Source: Bugula neritina (Eukaryota > Animalia > Bryozoa). Taken from it: DNA of 64,000 nucleotides. A program made the position numbers and the translations under genes. The stretch covers positions 30,010,640 to 30,074,639 of the forward strand of contig OZ037766.1 in the NCBI GenBank assembly GCA_964035545.1. The letters run 5' to 3'. Position 1 is the first letter of the stretch. Each line of letters starts with the position of its first letter. This document shows positions 39,224-58,500 of this stretch, piece by piece. The notes beneath the pieces were generated by a model. The model was not told the origin of the DNA. It did not search any database and saw nothing but the letters and a program-made list of their open reading frames with translations.

Positions 39224-42200
39224 TCAGTTGCTTTTAATGCACACAACACAAGGTACAGCTTTCTGCTCTACCCAGAGTCCTCTACCAGATCTAACCAGCT
39301 TCACTTCTGGAGCTGCAGGATCTGTACCGTATCCTTCTGTTACTTCAGGGTTTATATCCATACATATTGATTGTGATGTCCCATGTTCTGATTCAGCTGC
39401 CATCAAGTATCCGTGATAGGCCCTGAACCACTCTCTGCCAGCGTTACAAGTGTTCCAGCCAATCACAGTAATCTATAATACAGTAAAATAAACGGTCAAT
39501 TGTCATAATGTCTCCAAATATTATTGCTTATTTCAAGAGGTCAACATAGTTTTATTCTAAATACATTTTTATAATTTGGTTCCTCGGTAAGTTTGAAAGA
39601 AATCTAGAAAATTCTACTACTGTGATATTATAAACCATTACAAATAGATAATGGAAACCAACATGATAAAACACAATAATGATGCATTATATTATGAAAC
39701 CTTTACTTTTATAAAAATATTTTAGGATAAAAAGCCTACATCTAATAAAATTGAAGTATCTATTATCATTAATTTTCTAAATTTGTTATTCCATCCTAGA
39801 GACTAACGATTGAGAGTTATAACTCTGCTCATACCATTTCAGCTTGAGGAACCTGACACAGAGCACATCTAATGACCTTGTTGTGGTAGACATCAATCAG
39901 AGGTTGAACACCAGTTCCACTCAGATTAAACCTGGCAGCTACTAGTTCTGGTCCAGATTCTAGTGTAACTCCTTCTGGTTTTATCTGATTAGGAAGAGGT
40001 GCGCACTGAAGTGTTCGGGATCCACTATTTGCAAGTCCAACTACATACCCTAAAGAGAAGAAATGAAGAGCATGTATACTATTGATCTGCAGTCTGAATA
40101 AATGTGGTTAGTTTTGGCAGACACATTGCTGGAATCTGAGAGCATATTCTAGTATTATTATATAATGGTAGTGAAGGAGGCAAAAGTTCTTTAAACAGTG
40201 ACTAAAGGAACTTTTAAATACACCAATAAAAGCTGTAGCCAAAATAACATACGGAAAAAAGTTGACTATTAGCTGCAGCTACTATACCTACAATGTGATG
40301 ATTCAACTTCATATAAAACATTTCCTTTATGTTTCAAATTTTAAAATCAAATATGTAATATGTTTATAATCATTTTTCAGCATGGGAAATAACATAGATA
40401 TGTGTCTGTGGCATTCAGGGCTTTCAAAACACCCACAATTAATTGCATTCTATTTAGCACTACATTGATAAAATAACACTTTAGAATACACTTTTTTTCA
40501 CATATAATTATATAGTTGATAATATTTTATATAATTATCATTCAATCTGATATGAAATGTGATAAGAGTAGTTTGCAAAAAACTATGTGAAGATTTTCTT
40601 CTGTTCTTATATAATCAGTAACAGAGAATAAATTCTTCCAAATTTTACTAATAAACAAAAAAGCCCCAAAACATTTTGCATTTACAACTAGAAACTCACC
40701 ATCATAAAACTTTTGTCCAAAAGTGCACCCAAATTTTCCATATCGAACAAAAGTGACCTCAACTGTAAAAAAGGCAAGAAATCATAAATTGTATACTCTT
40801 TTAGAACATTATCTTTAGTTTTAGACAATGAAGCTGATGAGCTAAAATTGTTCCTCGACCAATTTAAAGTTCTATAACAGGACTGTGAGTTCAAATAACG
40901 GATTGCTAAAATAATTTATGCCAATATATTATAATGTTTTATTATAGTTTTATAAGTAATAATTATAACTTATAATACTATTAGTTACTGATGGATTTAC
41001 AAACCCACAAACTCAGGTGTACCTTGAACTCCATCTTGACCTCGATCACCAGGAGCTCCATCAAAACCAGGAGAGCCATCTCTACCAAGTTTACCGGGTT
41101 CACCACGAGCTCCAGGTTCACCACGAGCTCCAGGTTCACCACGAGCTCCATCTCTACCAGGTTCATCACGAGCTCCATCTCTACCAGGTGCACTAGGAGC
41201 TCTATCTCTACCAGCTGTACCAGGAGCTCCATCTTGACCATCAAAACTATCTGCACCATATCTACTTAGTGTAATAAAATCTCTATCTTGACCAGTTGTA
41301 ACAAGAGCTCTAGGGTGACCAGGAACCTCAGCTGTGCTATCCCTACCAGGTGCGCCCGGAACTCTAGATTGACCTGGAGAACCATCTCTACCAGGTGCAC
41401 CAGGAGCTCCATCTTGACCTGGAGAACCATCTCTACCAGGTGCACCAGTAGCTCCATCTTGACCTGGAGAACCATCTCTACCAGGTGCACCAGGAGCTCC
41501 ATCTTGACCTCGATTACCAGGAGCTTTATCTTCGCTAGATGTGCTTGAAGCTCTATTATTCTGTGTTGATTGACTTGTTTGAGTGGTTAATTGTGGATTT
41601 TGAGAATCTTGAATTTTTATTCTCAAGTCTTCAGGTGACAGAGAGAGAACACTCAGTGTAGCCAGTGCTAATGGGTAGGTCACTGTAGCAGCTGGAGAGT
41701 CTACTCTTGATGGAATAACTACAACAGACCTTTTACAAAGTTATCTTATTTAACGCTGGAGCGAGATTTTTGACAATCTGATTGGTAAATTGAAGCAGCT
41801 GCATAAAAATACAGAACCATTATTTCACTCATTTTTAAAACAACTATATAGAAGTAATTTCTATTGCGATCACCCGTACTGGACTACGACCGTATAGGTG
41901 TGAAGGGTGTGAAAAAAATAAATTTTATTCTATAGCTAGATAGCTTTAAAAACCTAATGTTTTTAATTATTATACGTAGTATTAAGTGTTATATAGTTAA
42001 AATTAGGAAAGTTAAATTATGTACATACAATCTTATGTACAGTTTGCTAGTCAAAACAAAAACACCATTTTAAAAAGTTTCTATTCATAAAATCAAATTG
42101 ATAGTTTGCTTCAACATCTACTATTAAATAGGCAACTTGCTGATTACTTTATTTTCTATACCTAAAATCTTAGCACCAAATCCTCTAGCCGTGATTGAAG

Positions 42201-43611
42201 AATCTGTCCTAAAAGAGATATAAATTGGTCCATTAAATTCTATTAAATTTCGAGTTTCATTTATTCCACAAAGCCTTTGTCTTGTAAGTAGGGGACCTGT
42301 AGAGCTACCTCCCCTAACCTGAAAAGAAATTGTTGAATTTTTTTATAAAGCTGTTAAAGCTTTTATTTAAATTTTAGTGATCACAATCAAATTGCTTACT
42401 AATATTAAATTGTTTGCAGCTCAAGTTTGGTACCTACACCTGACAATTTGAGAAGCAATGATTTTACATGTAAATGAAAATTTGTACAAACAATTTTTTA
42501 CTATACACACCAGAACTTTTTATATCACTATTACTTCATTTTTTACAGTTTGTGGTTTCCTAATGCAATTATTGTTTTCATAAAAACATTCTAAAAATTA
42601 TACATATATAATTTCCAATGCAAGAAAAAAAAACGTCAAAAGAAAATTAAACTAAGTTAGTAGCTCCTTTGAAACATAGTATATTAGTAAAAAAACCCAA
42701 AAAACATTTTTATACACTGAATTTTATGTTAGATAACAGGAATTTTTTGAATTTTGTATTTTTAGTCTAAATACAGTTACAATTAAAATTTTCCAAGAGT
42801 AATAGAGTGTTGCAATACCTCAATGTAATCATATACACAATTGTTGGTTTTCTCTACAAAGATTGGTTCTTCAAACACAAGTCTCAGTGACTTCTCATCT
42901 AACAAAGCACTTCCTTTATAGGCCTCCGGCACTGGGAATCTTAATACAAAATTCCATTCACAGAAGAGATTGTTGGAGTAGTTTCCAGGGTAGTTTGGAG
43001 ACTGAAATCTGTAGCTTTCCAAGGAGTCTATTGGTACGTATATAGTACCCCCACACTTCACGGCTGTAACTTTACATGCAAAAAATCTATTGTACACTTC
43101 ACTGAAGACTATATATATATATCTGATTATTTTATTTTTCAATTAGCACTTTGGTGTAATTTTTGAAAATATAATTAATTTTAAAATGTTAATGATAAAT
43201 TCAGTGAAAAGTATTACTGAGAATGATAATCAGCTATTCGTTTCAACAAGCAAACCATTACTTGCAGCAATAGCTAATATATATTACATTTATACTTACA
43301 TTATGTATATGAATTGAAGCTATAATTATTTTGTCATTTCTATCTTAAAATATTATTGCTTTAAAACCACATTGCGTTGGTATTTTTTCTATCAATGTGG
43401 TGGTTTCCCTGAAAATAGAGGGTCCTGCATGGTGCATATGCTTAAATGTATTTTACTATAGATTTGTTAAACTAATTTACATAACATATTGACATTGCAT
43501 AATGATTTATAGATTCAATGTTTTATGAGCCTCACTATTAAACAGTTATACGATCATTCAAAAGTATCAAAGGGATACATTTGCAATTAGTTTTACTATA
43601 CCTAAACATAA

Positions 43612-43707
<96 letters not shown>

Positions 43708-45853
43708 ATTCAAAACATATGATAAAGGTTGCAAAATGGCCTTTTTGTTGGTGCACATAAACTTGTAAATAATAGCTTTGAAAAATAAATTAATATAAAG
43801 ATAGAGATCATAGCTCGATGTCTAAAGCAACTATCATCTATATGATATATTGCTTGAAGGTGGACTGCATGGTCAACACTGAAATAAGAGTAGTATAAGA
43901 AAGCTTTACTGACCTTGTCTTTTTACTCGTGCACTATCTTTTCCTGGAAACCCAAGGTTTCTCTGATTGCTCTGAAAATATACAAGTTGAAAGAAATGAC
44001 CATCTGCTCAAGCAAAGGCAGTAGCCTCAAACAATAAACATGTTCAATCTAATTTTACCTGCTTGAGCAGTAGTGCTCTTATAAACAACATGAAATAAAA
44101 TTGTGCTGTATTTTATATTGTGAAAGTCATGGCTAAAAATTCAACATTTTTGTATCAATTGAGAAACTTCTCGGTAAAATAAACATACTATAGCGCTATT
44201 GCACAACTTTTCAATGCATTATTCAAAGTTAAGTAATTCATTTGACAATTTTCTTTGATTTTCACTGATTCTCAATATATAATCTTTAACAACTCTTGTT
44301 ACTTATAATCAGTCAACTAAGAGTTCTATTTAAACAAAGATTCTAAGCTGCAAACAGCTTTTTACAAATAAAGCTTATTTTATAGCTTCCTTTGACTTGG
44401 GTAAGTAATTATCCATATTTTTGCAGCTGAAGCTGAATTATAATTTAGTGAAACTCAATGGTAGATTTCACACAGTTTTATTTATATGGACAAGTTGCCA
44501 TTTCTAAAGGTGTTACAGTTAATGATAGTAATATTATGAATGTAGTAATTGATGGAGCTAAAATTTCACATAGGTTGCTATGACTACCTATAGCTATATA
44601 ATTCACATGAGTTGAAAGGTTATTATAGTTACTGCAAGCACTAAATGTTATAGATGACAAACCTAATCTTCTGTCAGTTGCCAATGAATAATTACTTCGT
44701 CTACACCTCAAGGAAAGAGATTTCAGCCTGACTAGGATGTGGTGCTACTTCGTACCAAGCTGAGTAAGTCACCAAATTATTGTTGTGTAGTACGTTAAGT
44801 TAAGCTCCAATGAGGTGTTCTGATTTTCTATTTTAGTAGTAGAAATTATAGTCGTAATGAAATATGTTTGTTGTACATACGTAAATTTGCCAGTTGGCAA
44901 GAGTTCATATAGTATAGAATATAGACATATTATGCACATGTAATGTGCTTGTCCACACTATTTCCTATATGCATGTGTGATTTTGCTGTAGAAACTAACC
45001 GGCCTGCATGTATATGAGCCAGATTTTGTTACACCTGCATGAAAGGCCTCTACTCTAAACAATTTCCATGCAATTTCGAAATATTTTAGGTTTTATTCTA
45101 AGACTACCTTTGCAATATACAAGTTTAAAAAAATCATTCTTCAAGTGCCAATTACTACCACGGGTATATTTAGCATATTATATATACGGTAAAAGGATAA
45201 TCTAATATAGAATATATTATATTTATCTATGTAGCAGATATAGCACAATATGTCTTTCATTTAAACATTATTTGTTTAACAATTAATTAGTGTATATTTA
45301 TGTTGACTAGTATATATCAGTTTTCAGATGAAGTAATTTTAATCTCAAGCAGAGTTATAGTTTTACTGCTAACTCTGTCGCAGGATGACTTTTGAAAAAC
45401 ATAAATAGGCTTTTATTAAAAGTTTGCAAAAGCTAAGTAATGTATTTGCTGGGTTTAAATAGCAGTGTACACATATTATAGCTATAACAAATTATTAGGT
45501 GTCACTAATTGTTTGTTGAGCTTTAATTCAATGATTTTTAGTTTGACCTTCTTAAACTATATTTCTTTGATCCATTAAATTCTGCTCTATAGTGACTGAA
45601 CATGCAAAATTGAAATAACAGAACAACTTAAATCAATACTTACTCTGTTTACTATATTTGATTGGGTAACACTTTCCTTAGATAAGCTCTCGTGTTGAGG
45701 TGGCTGAGAAATATAGTTTGGTTGTCTGTAGAAAGTTTCAAAGAATGTAAATCCACATAAAATGAGTGTGAAAAGATGTAGACAGAAAAATACTGTTGAA
45801 AATACTTTCATCTTGTATTTTATTACAATGAGCTCTTCCTCTTGCAGTCCCAT
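39224..45853 (-). CDS. Paralogue X1: type II membrane protein, TM - RVKR furin site - CUB - interrupted collagen - short-chain collagen C4-like C-terminal domain, ~630 aa (exons 45853-45644, 43971-43914, 43063-42819, 42318-42162, 41718-41023, 40762-40700, 40049-39835, 39472-39224)
   Basis: All eight exons join in frame with GT-AG sites; the collagen-exon donor GTACAC is weak but shared with X3. CUB motifs: [34 protein letters not shown]. Gly-X-Y run present. C-terminal motifs: TFVRYG..C..YDGY, CALC, YHGYLM, ICMD..PE, CVVC. Confidence 0.85.
43615..43704. repeat. (TA)n microsatellite in intron 2 of X1
   Basis: Pure AT run; absent from the homologous X3 intron. Confidence 0.97.
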
Positions 45854-46687
45854 GATGCTTTGATTTGTAATATTTCACTTTGCAAGATAATTGAGCACTA
45901 TTACAGTACAGACTGCATTATTATGAGTTATTATTGAGGTTAGTTTTATTAATACTGCCAGCTTATATAGCACGGTTTCGAAGTTAAGAAAAGATCATCT
46001 TTATTGGATAAAAAAAGCATGATATTATCTCCATGGTGACATAGTTCAAAATCAATTTTCTATAATTATTCTATAATCTTATGAGTAACTCAGCTAAGCC
46101 AATTTCACAATATTAGTTTCTCAAAGATTTTCCAGTGGTCTATAATAAAATATAAGTATGATTATGTTATTATGTTAGTTCACAAAAAAAACTTCGAAGA
46201 TTTTATTATTACTTTTTGCATTGAAAAGGCAACTTTATGTCTGGCTATTGGAATTGAATTATAATGAGTATAAAAAAATGTATGTGGTTATAGCTTGGTA
46301 CTCTACACTCATCTTTCAATCTAAGGCTTTACCATAATCTGATGAAAATATTCATGTTTTCTTTCAAACTTTTCATACAGCATCACATTACACCACAGCT
46401 TTTATTATATTATATTACATTGCATTAGACTACCCTGTATTATATTATCCTGTGTTTTATTATTTATAATATACTATTTACAGTATAACACTACAGTATA
46501 GTAGGTCGTATTCTATGTTTTATTGCACTATTATACGAGTCACTTTTGTATTCAAATACATTGTATATTATACACTATACATTCTATTTCATAACTTTGT
46601 ATTTACAAGTACTATTTTTAAGATATTTTGCTACGTCATATAATATTTGGGTTCAATATTTAGTTATGAAGTTGTTTGAATTTGTAT

Positions 46688-46943
46688 ATATGCTCACACA
46701 TATATGCTCACAAAATGCTCTCATATGTTTATAATTTACTCTTATGCCCTCATTATTCATGCTCTTAGGTCTATTATTTAGTGTCATGTACTAAAAGTAT
46801 ATAATATATTTATAGTACATGACACCAAATAATTTGCCTAAAGCATGAATTATAACGAGGGTACGAGAGCAAATTATAGACCAATGAGAGCGTTTTGTGA
46901 GCATATGAGAGAATAATGGCTAAACACTTTATTGTGAGCATAT
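46688..46943. mobile_element. Fold-back / MITE-like imperfect inverted repeat upstream of X1
   Basis: The arm 46702-46793 (atatgctcacaaaatgctctcat...gtgtcatgtacta) is largely the reverse complement of 46813-46906. An outer atatgctcac/gtgagcatat pair is also present. Not seen in the homologous X3 upstream region. Confidence 0.65.
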
Positions 46944-48450
46944 GAGACGTAATAAGTAAATTTTTGACCCTTTGGCACTCTATAGCCGTGCGTGTTGCAG
47001 GGTCATTATATAGCAAAAATAAAATATAATTTTCTCATTTACAATTAGCTCTTTGAGATCGGCTTGTAAGTTCTTTGCCCCTAAGTGATACAGCTTGCGT
47101 TGATTTAAATTGTTGACTCCTAAGACTATATAGACATATTTTCAGCAGCAAACTTATATTGATGGACCATACAATATGCCTACCATATCCTAAAGCCTAG
47201 ATTAGATAAACAAGTCTAATAATTATATTTGAAATGTTATCACATATAAGACACAAATTAATATGGATTATGGAGTATATGCGTAAGTACTTCTGATCTA
47301 CATTTATCTTATTTCCTGGTCTGTCGTCACTGAATAGTGTTCAAATTGAAACTAGGAAGTGCCAATAAATCATAGTACGAGGATACAAATTGTTAATGTG
47401 TCTTCTAGGCAAGAAATGATTTTAAATTTGCCAATCAACATGCAGTTAACTAAAATTTTTTACAACATAATCGATTCCATCAGTGAACTACCGATGTTTT
47501 TTTGCTATATACGTAGCAACAAGTATAAACTTGCAGAAACTGAGAAAAAATTTAAGTTAGTGTGCTTATAATAATAGATTAACCAACCTACTTTGAGAGA
47601 GTGTGAACAAATGTTGATTTTGTAAAGTAACTGCCCATTGAAAATTGAGCAGCAAACCTCCAACTAGGAAGCTAGCATTTAACAATTAGGCTTTAGGGGC
47701 TACTGCATGAGTAATCACTACACCACATTTCACTGCCCCCCACTATTCTAGCTTGTCAGTTTTTGGGCTCCACCAGCCCATCAACACCTTAGGAGCAGTA
47801 GCACCCAACAACACCCGCGCAGGGCTGAAATAGCTTGTACTTAGAATATTTCTTTAGGGGTTTATAATGGACTTTTTTCCACAAACACTAAACACTGACT
47901 GGTTATTTGCTGAATGCTTATATATAGCCAATTACTTTATAAATGATAATATAATTAAACTTTTCTTGTGAATTCAAAAAGTTACATCAAAGAACAGCAG
48001 AAATTTTGATTTGATCATATTGCAGTTTCAAAACTAGTTACAGACAAATTACATGGTTTTCGTGGTATGGCTGTGGTGATGTATTTGTTATATGGTTCAT
48101 TGGTGACTATGTTTATTGGAAAGTATGGTACTCAGCTTCCAACGTTTTTATTTTTAATATAAAAGCTGCTGTGTCATAAGTTTTACACCAGCTATTACAT
48201 CAAATCTAAAAAAAATAATTTTGAAAATATTTTGATTTAATTGCATATTGCCAAATTAATCAATGAGTTTAAAATCAATAAGGCTATACCGAAATATTAT
48301 CATGGGTTGCTATCACTGCAACAAATATTTTATTTATTGTGTTGGCAAAAAATATTATGAATCAATGATAAAGAATTGAGATACTTTAAACAAAAGGCCA
48401 TAAGTACAGATGAAGAAAATTATAATGATCAGAGTTATATTTGTTTTGAA

Positions 48451-55020
<6,570 letters not shown>

Positions 55021-55538
55021 ATTTCTATTGCAGTAATCTTTCACGTAGTGTGTCGAGATATAATCTTACACTTATTATTAAGACTCTCAATTTCCATTAT
55101 TTAAGTTGAAGTTACCATAGTTACAAGCTTATCTTTAATAAGTAATTTTATCCAATATTATTATTCATATATTTACTGCATATTTTTATAGATGTGTCTT
55201 TCCTAAATGAAACTCACCTTTGCAAACACATTTTTGGTAACTAGAAAAATGGTAAAATCATTTTCTAGCTTTGAGTTGCAGTTTAAATAAATTAGATCAA
55301 AATCATCAAACTTTAGCATAGCAATTGTGAAATTTTAGACAGTTTATTTAGTAGAAAAATATGTAAATGAGCAAGTAACACAATTTCATAAAGGATTGCA
55401 AAAGAAGAATACCATAAATACAATCACCTATTATTATACAATATGCTTTTATTTTTCATACATTATCAAAACTTGTACAAAACACACACTTGAGCAAACT
55501 TCAGTTCATGCATGGCCATATGATTATTTGTGCAAAGT

Positions 55539-58500
55539 TTAATTGTTTTTAATGCACACAACACAAGGTACAGCTTTCTGCTCTACCCAAAGTCCTCTAC
55601 CAGATCTAACCAGTTTCACTTCTGGAGCTGCAGGATCTGTACCGTATCCTTCTGTTACTTCAGGGTTTATATCCATACATATTGGTTGTGATGTCCCATG
55701 TTCTGATTCAGCTGCCATTAAGTATCCGTGATAGGCTCTGAACCACTCTCTGCCAGCGTTACAAGTGTTCCAACCAATCAAGGTAATCTATACACAATAA
55801 AATTATTAGTCAAATGTCTTCTTAAATCAAAATATTGCTGATTGGTTGAAGTGGTCAACATGATTTTATTCTAGATACATTGCTACGTATTATGTGATCA
55901 CTTTGATTTCTTTTTTAAGCTAATACTTTTCTTTGAAAACTTCAACCCCTATTAAAAGCTGTTACAAACTACTGCAATGCTAATTAAAGAAATAATGTAC
56001 TATGGTGGCGATATTGTAAAACGTTTACCCTAGTAAAAATAATTTTAAATTAAAAGCCTATTTATATCTATTCCAATTTATATTGTTTAGTACAAAATTT
56101 TCCAAGTTTCGAATCTGTTCTGAAACTAGCTCATTTTTAATATATCTGCAGTATATAAAATTACGTATTGCGATTTCAATTTCTTTACAATATTGAAAGC
56201 TGCATTTCTACTTACTATTTCAGCTTGGGAAACATGACACAAGGCACATCTGATAACCTTGTTGTGGTAGACATCAATCAGAGGTTGAACACCAGTTTCA
56301 CTCAGATTAAACCTGGCAGCCACTAGTTCTGGTCCAGATTCTAGTGTAACTCCTTCCGGGTTGATCTGATTAGGAAGAGGTGAGCACTGCAGTGTTTGGG
56401 ATCCACTATTTGCAAGTCCAACTACATACCCTAAAGAGAAGAAAGGAAGAGCATGTATACTATTGATCTGCAGTCCAAATAAATGGGGTTAATTCTGGCG
56501 CCTACATTGCTGGAATCTGAGAGCATATTCTAGTATAGAATAGTAGTGAAGGGACCAAAGAATTTGTTGTACAGTGACTAAAAAACTTCTAAACACAAAA
56601 TAAAAGCTTTTTGGCTGAAAAATATGAGAAAGTTGACAACTGGGCCCAGCTACTACCAACTCATATGTTTATTCAACTTTATACAAAATATGTTTTGTAT
56701 TGCAAACTTTAAAATCTTTCATGGTAAGTTGTTAATTCATTTTTAGCATGTAAAATGACATAGATGTGCATACAACTTACAGTATGTATTTTCAAATAGC
56801 AAATAATAACTTTAATTCCATTCTGTTTATAGCACTTGATGAATGAGACAATAAGATATTAATGAAATATGTATAATATTCAGTAGAGAACAGTATATAT
56901 ATAATTATTATCCAATCTGATTTTATTTTCATAAGATTTGCTTGCAAAATAATTATGTGAATATTCTGACTTATTTGTATAGTCACGAGCACAAAGAAAT
57001 TGTTCTAAATTTTACTAATAAGGAAAACTGCCCAAAATGTTTTGTATTGACAATTACAGACTCACCATCATGAAACTTTCGCGTAGAAGGACAACTAAAA
57101 CTTCCGTATCGTATAAAAGTGACCTCAGCTGTAAAAAAATGAAGAAAATTAATTTTGTGCCTTTTTAGGATATTATGCTCTATATAGCTTTAGACCCTAG
57201 AGCCAAAGAATAAAAATTGCACTTGTATTAATCTGGGCCCTTAACTAACATTGCTAAAACAATTTATGCAGTTGTACAATAATTCTTTATATTGTTGAAA
57301 GTAATAGTTATACAATGTCTTAATGTCTCTATAGCTACTGATTGGTTTACTATTTCTTGATAACCAGGTGTACCTTGAACTCCAGTTTGCCCAAAAGAAC
57401 TAGCTATGCCATCTCTACCTGGTTGACCAAGAGCTCCATTTTGACCTGGAGAACCAGTTATGCCATCTCTACCTGGTTGACCAGGAGCTCCATTTTGACC
57501 TGGAGAACCAGCTATGCCATCTCTACCTGGTTGACCAGGAGCTCCATTTTGACCTGGAAAACCAGCTATGCCATCTCTACCTGGTTGACCAGGAGCTCCA
57601 TTTTGACCTGGAGAACCAGTTATGCCATCTCTACCTGGTTGACCAGGAGCTCCATTTTGACCTGGAGAACCAGTTATGCCATCTCTACCCAATGTGCCTG
57701 GAATTCCAGCTTGACCAGGTAATCCAGCTGTGCCATCTCTACCTGGCTGACCAGGAGCTCCAGGTTGACCTAGGGAGCCAATTCTACCAAATGTGCCAGG
57801 AACTCCAGAGTGACCCAGATAATTAGGTGCACCATCTCTACCAGGTGTGCTTAAAGCTCTGTTATTCTGTGCTGATTGACTTGTTTGAGTTGTTAATTGC
57901 GCATTTTGAGCATCTTGAATTTTTATTCTCAAGTCTTCAGGTGATAGAGAGAGAATACTGAGTGTAGCAAGTGCTAATGGGTAGGGCACTGTAGCAGCTG
58001 GAGAGTCAACTCTTGATGGAATAACTAAAACAGACCAAACCTGATTATCCTAGTTAATGCTGAAACGTGATTTCTGACAATTTGATTAGCAAATTTAAAA
58101 CAGATACATAAAAGGTAATCACAACTTGTTTTTTGGAACAATTAAAAGTGATGTGTATTTTTTAACTAATCAAAATAGTATAAAATATTATAGAGCTAAA
58201 ATTAGAAAAGTAGTTAAGTACATACAATTTTATGTACACTTTATTATGCAAGATGATCAAAATCTTAAAAATTCCTAGTCAACATCTAATGTACTAATAA
58301 CCGTGTTTTCTATATACCTGAAATCTCAGCTCTAAATCCTTTAGCCGTGATTGAAGAATCAGTCTTAAAAGAGATATACATTGGTCCATTAAATGCTATT
58401 GTAGTCTGAGTTTCATTCATCCCACAAATCCTTTGTCTTGTAAGTAGTTGACCTGTAGAGCTACCTCCCCTAACCTGAAAAAATGAGATGTTGAATTCAT

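Noticed and set aside
40981-41548. Repetitive ORFs [10 protein letters not shown]... and [10 protein letters not shown]... (also 57342-57722)
   Set aside because: Alternative-frame and antisense shadows of the collagen exon.
57400-57700. Regular direct repeats as a CRISPR-like array
   Set aside because: The repeats are contiguous coding Gly-X-Y units without unique spacers; eukaryotic context and no cas genes.
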